DNA from: Lingula anatina
Taxonomy: Eukaryota; Animalia; Brachiopoda
Direction of reading: 5' to 3'
Assembly (NCBI GenBank): GCA_051362555.1
Contig: CM120640.1
Location: 27,614,503 to 27,678,502 of the forward strand
DNA length: 64,000 bases
Positions within the stretch are counted from its first letter, which is position 1. Each line of letters starts with the position of its first letter. The position numbers and the translations under genes are program-made. The notes below the pieces were generated by a model that saw only the letters and a program-made list of their open reading frames with translations, had not been told where the DNA came from and did no database searches. Positions 1 to 10,857 of the stretch are shown here, piece by piece.

Positions 1-339
1 GTTTACAATTCAATTCATCCTGTCTTAAAACAATTTACAAACCTTGTAAACATAATTTTCATGGAGATCAATGCCCATATCCACATTTGCAGTGCCATGG
101 GCACCTTATCAAAGCAATAACAAAGTGTATATAATATATATATTCATACTAAAAATTATAATAAACAATAACAAAAATTTAACCTTATGTATCATCTTTC
201 TTCCTTCTTGTATATTGAACCATAATAAATATATAATCAGGCATTAAGTGAGGCAGATGTTCTATCTACAAAATTCCATGCAATAGAACACCCAATTCAC
301 AAGAATAAGTTTGAAATAAATATGTAAATTCTCAATGGT

Positions 340-1026
340 TTATTTTGAAATTGAGCGAAGAATCAGTTCTGTTGCTACAGCATTTGGCAAACTCTAAACC
401 ACTGTGCAGAAACGACCCTCTCTATAATCAAAATGCAAGGTCTGCCATGCTGTAGAACTCACTTGTCTTCTCCACTTGTCAAAAACTAACACACTCTACA
501 GACAGTGCATATGAAAACTCTAAAAGTGTTCAGATGCCCATCTGAGACAAATGCTTAACACCAACGTGGAAGTCAGAAAACATGCTAACATGCCAAGTGT
601 TAAAGTTCTGCTGACCACATATCAACTCCGCCGGACAGGTCACATTATTTGTATGGATGACTCCAGATTCCTTAAAGCTGTCTTCTATGATGAACTACAG
701 CAAGAAAAAGAAAGGTCTGACTGCCAATGCTTCGCTACAAAGACTGCATTAAATGTCACTTGTCAACTGCCAATTTTATCAATTCCTGGGAGAAAGAAGT
801 TAAAAACTGTCCTATCTGGGCTATTGAACAATGTTTAGAGAGAGAGAGAAACAGTTCAATACAGTAACGGTGAAGTACATGGGCCTACTGCTGACAGTGG
901 CAAGACCACTTAACATCCCTTCCATGCCAAGACCGTGGAAGATCCTGTGCTGTCCACATTGGGCTCATCCCCATGTTGCAGTTGAAATACTCTTAATGAG
1001 TGACAGCCAATGATAACGATGATGAA
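340..1026 (+). mobile_element. Degraded RTE-like non-LTR retrotransposon 3' fragment, antisense and downstream of the Mondo stop codon
   Basis: Frameshifted segments EIERRISSVATAFGKL, KCKVCHAV and RKHANMPSVKVLLTTYQLRRTGHIICMDDSRFLKAVFYDEL resemble the post-RT region of RTE/BovB-type ORF2 (recalled pattern QLRWxGHVxRMxDxRxPKxxFYGEL); it ends in a short GAT-like tail at ~1011-1026. Confidence 0.75.
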
Positions 1027-1268
1027 AACTTTGTACACAAATAGCACCCAAGTATCTCTGGCCTGGCAATACATTATTGCTTCATAACATTAAAGCTTTT
1101 ATATGATCTTCCTGTTTCAATTTCAATCATTATAGAGTTCTGGGACGCCGAAATATAATACTTTCCCCTTTGTTATATCAACATGCCTAAGCTTGGTTCA
1201 GCTTTTTCATTCCCGATGAAACTTTTGTCTTATTAACAGTTTTAAGTACCAGCTTTATGGAAGGAGTC

Positions 1269-4200
1269 TCAGCCTGGTTTCTTGCCAACTGCAGCTTGTG
1301 CCTGCTCTGGTACACGGGAGGGGTCTGACAGTATGGATGTTGATGTACTCAGCTGGCGCAATGAGTTCAGAACACCTGAGGAGATATACACAGCAGAGGT
1401 AAATTTGCAGTGAAATATTTCGTTATAGCAGTTTCAAGCCTTATTTGATACAAAAAAGTTAAAAATGACTTTCACTATGTGATTTTTAAAAAGCATTCAT
1501 TACTCATGGTGAAAAAGGATATTTTCAAATAAGCCAATAAAACATAAACAAATTTCTGTATAACTACTTATATTGACTACCCACCTGGTCTGAGAGCTAC
1601 CAGTGAACAGTGCTGGTCAAGCCAAGCCAACACAGTCCGACACAGTTCCTCAGCACTGGCTGTGGACACCATGTTATTGTAGGAGTCAAACAATGGGCGG
1701 ATTATTGTACTGAACTGAACACTATGGTTAAGGGTATATCAGATTAGACAATACTACACTTTCATTTTCTTTATTTTATAACAATACTAGTCAGTAATTT
1801 GTGTAAATATTACTTCTAGTGTTAATATCTTAACCATAAAAGACATTCGGCCTAACGCAAACATTCTAGAACCAACATTCTAGAACTGACAAATATGCAC
1901 AGACTTATTTCTAAGGTTATAACAATGAAGTAATTTAATACAATACTCCCAAGGATACAATCCAAAATTTCCAGTTCTGAAGTGTTCTACTGCGCACGTA
2001 TTCATCAAACATTTCCCTCATCTGGTCAGCTCTCTGCCTTGTGACGGGGGCTCCAGTTGCTGGTAGCTGGGACTGGCACGTGCTGGAATTGAACAAATAA
2101 GTTCATCTTTATGGGACTGACAGAAAGGAATAGACAATCATGAATTTAGTATTTAACAAGTAAGCTGATGTCATGTTGACGGAGAGGTTGCAATCAGTAG
2201 CATTCATTCTTATTTTAAAGAAAAATTGCAAATACTTCCTTATGCAGCAGTTTACCAGTTCTTTACATGAATCAATTTGAAATGGGAATCCTTACTTGAT
2301 AGCAGAGTTGAGGGATTCAATTTCCTGCCTCAGGATTTCTGCCTCATCTTGCATCTGCTTTCTGTCAGATTTCAACTTTTTACAGTACTCAGCAGCTGAA
2401 ATTGTGTCTTCAGTGTAAGTCACAAGCTTATCTTTATTGAACAACAACCATATATGTGCCTATTTTACATAAGGAGTTAAAATGCTAACCCGAATGTTAA
2501 GGTTATTGCTGCTCTTAATTTTTCCTTGGCCATCTACTCTGCTAAAATGTGGTTCTCCTGTGAGATGCCACCCTCGCCACCTGGTGGCATCAGTGTGAAC
2601 CAGTTTATGGTATATATCCCAAAGCATTTGGATTTAAAACTAATGTCAGTTTAACTACTCATACAAAGACTAAATTTAACACTTACTCTTCTGCAGCATC
2701 TGTGCCTTGCTTATTTTAGCATTTGGGTTCTGTATGAGTGCAGGAATTAGGGTATGCAAGACATCGAATCCACCCTGCTCAAATACAAAGACAAAGAAAA
2801 CAGATCAAGTGTTAGTTTTTGCTGTGAACAAGCTATAAAATCAATACAATACCTGATATCTGATATTTTTTCCAGAAAATAAGTAAATGCCATTGGAAAA
2901 TGTTGTCTTCAAATCATGAATGCCTCACCTTTATATTCCCCCGTCTTTTTTGTTCTGCTGAAATATGGGACACTCTCCTATGTTCCTTGTACTGCTGGCG
3001 TTCATCCTCATTCTTAGGTCTGAATGCCTTACCCGGGGACTAATGATAAATAATAATGATTTTTTAAAAAATTCATTCAAACATTTACAGCATTGAGGTA
3101 AATTTACATGCCATCCCTTCATATTTGGCACTCTTTTCAATTCACTAAAATAAAAATATTTTGTTTTGTGTTCATCATTATATTCAGGTACTATAGATTT
3201 TGAACTCACCGGCACATCTGAGTCAGGACTAGCTGAAGCAGTCAGGTAACCAGGTGGGGAATCTGCATCTATTAGGGAGAAAATAAAGGGTTCTTTAAAT
3301 AACCTGCAAATTGCATAAATCTTCTATCAATCTAAATCATATATATGTAGAGTTGTTTTTATCAATTTCAAAATATATCAACCTAGAATGATTAACACAA
3401 TTGACAATATATTGTCAGGACTACACTGTTTAAAAGCACAACAGCTAAATTACTACAACCAGAACCCAAGGATATTTTCAAACCCTTCATAATGGCTATT
3501 TTTCATGTAATTTTTCTACTCAGTATTTTCTACTTACTGTATTTATATTCTGGGGAGTTAGATAATGCTGTGTAATCTCCAGATGACAAACTAGAACCAG
3601 GTAAGGAGGTCACAGTGCCCAGCAGGGGATTCTTCTGAAGGCTTAGAGGGCTACTCATACTGCTGTTTTCCAGACTAGCAACCTAAGATCAAAGAAACTC
3701 AAGTTGAACTATCTATTGTCATGACAAAATGTAGCATAATTTGAAAGCGACAACTGACAAAATGTAGCATAATTTGAAAGCGACAACTAACACTTACTGT
3801 GTTATCAGAGCTTTCACAAGGAATTAAAATGACCAGCTGTCTGACAAAATCTTGATGTTCATATATCGTTTCACCTGTTTTAAATATAGACACAATACTT
3901 ATAGATCAATCAGTGATTATGGCCAAGGCAGCTCTTTAAACAATCTTTGGAAATGCAGACATAATGGGCCACTCTACAAAACAGATGTTGTGTGAAATAT
4001 ACCTACAAAACTACTGCTTATCTATAGATCTACAAAGGCCCAATTAAAACTGGAGATCTTAGTTAAACCGGATGTGCATGTGCCCATTCCTATACTCACT
4101 GCAGCAATCATAGACATGCTATTTGTGGTGACGGCGGTGGTGGACACCGGTGGTGCAGGTCTTATGGGTGTGAACATCTTCCCTCCGCAAGATGCAGGGG

Positions 4201-7200
4201 TCTCTGTCTTCATGGTGATGTTGGCACCAGGATAAGTCCCTGAAATGTCCCCTTGGGTAAATAAATGACATGAAAATGTTGATGTTAGTACAAACATGCA
4301 AAGTGGAGTAAACATCTAAAATTAGAGTCTTAATATCATGCAGATTTTGAAATAGCTCTTGAACCAGAGAATATGGCATCATTGTGGAGTTTTTTGTTTG
4401 AAATTTTATGAAATAAATGTTCAAAAAAAAAAAAATTTTTTTTTTTTGGGGGGGGGGAGGGAGAATAGAAGTGGGTGAATCTAGAGATTTCTTACATGAA
4501 GAAGATAACTACAAATTCATTTAGCTACACTTCCCCATTTTTGTTTTCTATCAATACACCCCTGCAGACTAACTGCTTCCTTCAGATAGTTTAGAGGATT
4601 CTGTAATGCACTAGGAATGAGTCTGAGTTGAATTTTCAACACTTTCACCAAATTCCAAACTAGTTCACTTCCTGTTATTCATTCAGTCTACCAATCAGCC
4701 AGTCAGTCAGAACTCTATATCCCCAAGCACATTTTTCAAATCATTAAAAAAGTGTCCTAAACCAATCTTTTGCCATCATAAAAATGGGAGTATGGCATTT
4801 GATTAGGTGATGAGTTTTCTTTTCATTATTTTTCATTAATTGAGAAATTTCTTTTCATTTGAGTAATTCTTTTCATTATTATGTATACAAATGAAATTGA
4901 GTCTTCAGTCATGTAATGGTTTGCTATCACAGAAATTGTTTATCATGGAACAAAGTACTCTCTCTCTGTGCTGTAATTATACATGCAGGCAGACAATTAA
5001 AAGGGTTGTGCTAATTAATTTTCTTAGATAGAAAACTTAATTATAACCAAAATTTTTGATGATTCACCTAAGGTAGGTCATTAGCCAAAGGAAAAAGCCA
5101 CTTATAGATACATTCAAGATAGCAAATTAGAAATCAGACACTGCAGTAAACAGCAAAGAAAGAATATAATATTACAAAACATAAATAAGGAACAAAAGAA
5201 CAAATGAATCAATAAAGGAAAAATGATTCTCTTTTGACAAACATCAGGTTCCTCAACAACAAAAAATAGGAAACAATCACATGAAAAAATCAGAAAGAAC
5301 AATAAGTTTTGTTCTTTGACATCACATAATATCTTGCATAATAACTAGACTACTGTCATCTAACAGACAATACCTGTTGTTAAGAGCTGTGCCAGAAATG
5401 TATTCTGCTGTGTAATGGAGGTTCCAGAGGGCTGCGTTGTCATGGCAATAGTAGCTGCAGGTGGGACAGTCGGAGCTGGGACAATAGTTCTTGGTTTAGC
5501 ACGATTAAAAGTTGGTTTTCCCTAAAAAATAATCCAACATTTTGTGCTCTTGGTGTCTGGGTTATTCAAAGAAATCGGTGTTTTTTGGGGTTTTTTTTGT
5601 TTTTTTTAACTATACAAGTTGACTGCTATTTTATTTCATATTACCAAATCTTTTAACATATTTATACTGAAAACAAAATCCTTGATTCACAACAGTACAG
5701 CAAATTTGAGTCAACTGCTAAAACTTTTCTTAATTGACAAAAGAAAACATGAAATAACATAGCCACTTTTCACCATATTTCTTTTTGATCTGCTTCATGC
5801 ATTTGTGTAAAATAATGTCATTTTGATGACTGAGCTTGCCATAAATGAAAGAAAAACCAGTCTGTTGATGATATAATTCGTGTAAAAAGTATCCACAAAA
5901 ATGATCTTTCTTCTTTCATATTTAAAATGCATTTTTTTTTTCATTTCAAGGCTCTTTTCTTGGAAAAGCTAGTAACAAGAACTTGGGGTATAAGTAAATG
6001 CACTTTTAAATGCCATATGTAAATTTTCAGCCATTGAAAGCCCCATTATATGCTCTTTTAATGGTGCCACTAAATGGATAGATCTAGGATGTTGATTCAT
6101 ACCTTTGGCACAACAAAGTCTCCATCTTTTTTGGCAACAGGCTGCTGCTGTGGCTTTTGGTGTTGCTGGCTTGCAAAAGTAACAGTTGCACTGGCTTTCT
6201 TGGTTTTGGCTGGTTTCTGTGAATTTAAAATGCTCTGAGCAGATACTGGTGGCTTCTGCACAACACGAGTCTGTATCTTGTTGATAGGTAATTTTCCAGT
6301 TGGTTGGGTATCATTCAACTTTACCAGAAAACTTCGCAGGGGCTGTTGCTGTGTTTGTTGTTGTACTTGTTGCTGCTGACCGAGTCGTTCAGAATGCACC
6401 GAAATTGGAAGGCTGCTATCCAGATCATTTTGCAAATTAGTGGTTCTATAATTCACCTTGGCCTTTGTATTGTCATTCTGACTTGCCACTGTTTGAATCT
6501 GTTGCAAGTTTGCTGCTGCCTGGTTATCATATTGCAATTGTAAATTTACACCAACATTATCCAACCCAATGTCTCTCTGCTGCTGCTGCTGTGAAAAAGA
6601 TGGTGTTAAAATAGTCACGTTCCCAGTTAAGGACAGTCCCTGGTCTTGCAATTGCAATTGTTGCTGCTGGTTAAGTGTCTGTGATGTCTGCTCCAGAGCT
6701 GTCAACAGACTCATGTCATCTGTCATTGGCATTCCGTCACCTTCTGGGACTGGCTGACTGAACATCTGCCCAGAGAAATAGAAAAGATGCACTTAGTTTA
6801 TCATTACTCTGTACATCTCTGATCATTTGTCAATTGAAAGATATTTCAAATGCTACCATTTCTTCAAAAAACAAAGTATCAGTGTAATTTTCGTCACTTG
6901 TAAGCAATTTCTGAAGAACACACTTCAAACTTCACTTAAGTATTTATATCATACAACACCTAGGTAAAGGCACAACTACAGTTCATATGACAAGAACTTC
7001 AATCATATCAATTTTCTTACTAGCAACCTAATAGAAGTTATATCAAACTGGACAAAATGAGTGTATATTATTTTCTTGAAGCTTGACCTAAGACTGTCAT
7101 TCACCTGGTTTCTGAGAACACCTGCTGCACTGTTCATGTCAATAGTGGGCAGTGGTGACTGGGATGTGGTCAAGTTAGGGCTGGACATTGGCTTATGCAG

Positions 7201-10200
7201 GGACGTGATGATGTCTGTAATATAGAAAACCATTTAAAATAGTGACAGAATTATGAAGTCTTTTAAATAGATGAATAACAAACAAAAAATAAAGAAAAAA
7301 AAACTCAACAAATACTGTGTCAACACAGATGTGAAGTATTTTGAATATTTACCCAACCAAAAAATGTTGCCAAAATAGTAATACTCAGTTTTATATAAAT
7401 GACATGGTACTTTTCTCCTGTGATATAAGTTGTTTCCAGAGTTCAATGCTAGATACACTACCTTGTAAAGGCTCCAAGGTGTCCATGAAATCTTCCAATG
7501 CTGGCTGCAACTGTATCAAACCAGGCTGGATGAAGTCAGCATTTCCCAGCAATCCTGGAAAAATGACATGAAGAATGCTTTCTTTTTGTTTTACATGCTA
7601 GAAAATAAAAATGCTTGATAAACCTGCATTGAGTTGCCATATTTTGCTGACATATAAAACAGAAAATTGCCCTTTAAGCAATGCCTATTATTAATTAAAC
7701 TTTTCACCATGGTTTGGTAAAAAAAATTACTTGAAAGAATGAAGTAATATCTTTTTATACTTCCGATGACTTTTTTTGCAACGCCTTACCCATTTCTTTT
7801 GGATTTGGGAAAGCAAAGGGCATGTTAAGGCTAGAAAATAAGGTATCCGTGAAGTCCATATAGAAGTCATCATCATTCATCTGGGGTGACCTGGGGGGCT
7901 GCAGAGTGTTGGCAAAACGGAATGAATCTTGTTCTGCCACGCGTTGCAGGAGGTCAGCATGAGAAGGCTAAAATATATCAAATGAGTACTTTTAATTTAG
8001 ACTTCTGTTTTTCCTCTTCATAATTCATTTTCTTTTCCTATAGGCACATTGTCTGTATAATAATTTAAGGTGGTTGTTTACTGCTGATTCAGCATGATTA
8101 TGAAGTAACCCATTTGTTATAATTTCCCCACTTGGTAGCTGCAGTTGAATAATATTCTGTTAATGAGGCATACCACAATAAGAAAAACACAGACAAGTCT
8201 TACTGATTATTTTAAAGATAAAGAGCTATGAATAAATGTACCAAGCTAGGGTCAGGACATCCCCTTTTTATATGACTCCAATCTACATATAGAATTGATA
8301 TTGTGAAATAAATCATGCTATGGTATTAAAATTTATAATTAAGTCTTTCAGATAAATCAGAAATAAAGCCTCTTCTCTTACCAAATGTATGTCTGATGTT
8401 GGTGGCCTGCATTTGAGGCGGTGCTTGTAGAAAACACGCCATTTTTTGTATTCTGCTGTTACAACTTCTAACTTCCTTTTCCAGTACTTGCCTTCCAGCA
8501 CAACTGCCTGTTCAAATAAAATAAAAGAAAATCAAATATTATCTACCATAAAGTTTATGAACACTTTTTTATTTTCTTCAAAACTACCAGTCCTGTGGTG
8601 ATGCAATTTTTTTCTTGTAATAAATCTTCAAAAGAGAGAAAAACAGCAATAAAAAGCACTAAATAAAGTCTAAACCACAAAGATAATTCATGGTTAACCA
8701 GTCTACCCAAGGTCACAAACTGCCATGCCTGTTTATGTACTACTTCCGAATCAGAGACCCGTGAGTCAACTCCTGATGTAAGTAGTCATCTTTTCTTCTT
8801 TACCTTAATCTCAGAAGGGAGACATGTCACTTGCAGGTATGATAAAAAGGGCTTTTAAGGTCACAAGTGCACGCAAGTCAGCCAGAGTGCTATCTATTAC
8901 ACACACACATATATTGGCCTAGGAACAGGTGCCCCTTAAAGGGATGCATACGAGTCTGTTTTTCAGTTTTGTCATGGCTAGAAGACCTGTACCACATGTG
9001 TCGCCTTCAAGCACACACTTCATTCATATGCCCTCCGAAATGTTTACAAAATCAACCCAAATGCTGTCAAAACCAGTCTGTGTTCCAAAGTAGGGACCTG
9101 ATAACTTTTACAACCTGTTATTTCCTTACAAGTGAAATTATTTACCAATTAAAAGGCATGAGATGATTTTTAAATAGGCAAACAAGTTTTGGGTATTCAC
9201 AAATACCAATTGCCAAAATGATTCAAGAGTGACTTCTTCATATATCCATATGCACATTATGTATTGACCATTAAATATTAAAGTCATAATAACTCTTCGT
9301 TTTGGCCAAAAATTGGATTTTCCTGGAAAAAACGGCAATTTTCCCGTACTTACCAATGGCCAACGACCCCATTCCTGCATTCAAAGTTAATCCAGGGTTT
9401 TTTTTCCTAAACGTACGGTTTTTTGTTAAAATCTCTTAAGAGATTTTAACTGACGGAGCTCTCTCTGACATTGCAAAGTCACTGGTGACCTACTTAAAAC
9501 CGCGGGAAAAGCAGACAACAACAACACTATATAAGATTCATGAGATATATTCGTCTTTTTGTTAAAAATGCATTTATATCCACAATGTGTGCCATTCTGG
9601 GCTTTTCGTTATCCGACGCACTGTACAAAAACTCGCAACTTACGTCTGAGGGTGTCCCGCCATGTTATTTTGGTCTCGAATGAACGTGAGAATCCGCGTG
9701 ACACCATTACGTCATTAGCAACGAATGCACTTGTCGACCGGAAAAAAGGGATCGAAAGCCCTATTGACAAGCACAGATTTTAGTTTTCCTACAATAACGG
9801 CCGTTTTAGTGGTAAAATACAATAGAATATATTTCCATGCGTTGTTTACAATGTATTTCATGCGGATTTTTGAATCTCAAAGGAAGAGTTATTATTGCTT
9901 TAAAACTGGTATATAAATGCAGTATAATATATTTTTTCAGCTCCATTTTCTATCTGGTTCTTTGTATCTTATGAGTTACTGAATCAGCTCAAAATGTACA
10001 ATGAAAGAAATGTTTATTCTAAAATATGCCTTCAGCTTTACCATTACTAGTGGAGAGAGACTTGACTTATGGTCTTTCCTTTGATTATAGTGTAAATTAC
10101 CTGTTCATTTTCAAAACAATGAACGTACACATCCGTAAATATTAACTAAGAAGTTGTTAGCTGATGGTTGTCATATCTGTGCTGCTCATTAATTCTATTT

Positions 10201-10794
10201 GTGCAGTTGATATTAAAATGAAGCAAATTATGTCTATGACAAGTCCTTAGCTAAAGAATTGTGTCCATGCACGGCAATATGTGAAGGACTACAACTGAGT
10301 CGATATCTCTCTAATTACTACAGTTCACAGGCCATACATATAAAATAGCATAATGTCTGTATTATATACACATCAAACAGCACTGATCTAATTCAAAGAT
10401 CTGGTAGCAACCATATCTGATATGGTCATCAACAAGTACTGTAGACTAAATTTACAAAATCATACAGGGGAAACCCCTGACATGTGACCTCAGTTCCATT
10501 CAGAGTTACTCAGTGGACCAAGCTGTCCCATAATGGCTGAAGATCAAGTAACTGATCTGGTATCTCCAAGGACATACAGGTTATGACTTATGTCCAGTAA
10601 CTCTTTTCAAACACAGCAACAAAGGAATTTATCTGCCTAAGTTCAGTGAGCAATGTGTATAAGGGCTTGAATGATACTATGACTGAAACAGATCTCAGAT
10701 GAGTTAACTTTAGAAATGCAGCTGTCCCACTAGATACAAAAAATGGTAACGAGTTGAAATTTTAACAATAATCACCAAGCTGAATAAATATCAT

Positions 10795-10857
<63 letters not shown>

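Noticed and set aside
5068-5140. Strong-looking acceptor (ctttgctgtttactgcag) and possible 73-nt exon in Mondo intron 9
   Set aside because: It has an in-frame stop after 4 codons and shifts frame; it could only be a poison exon, with no supporting evidence.
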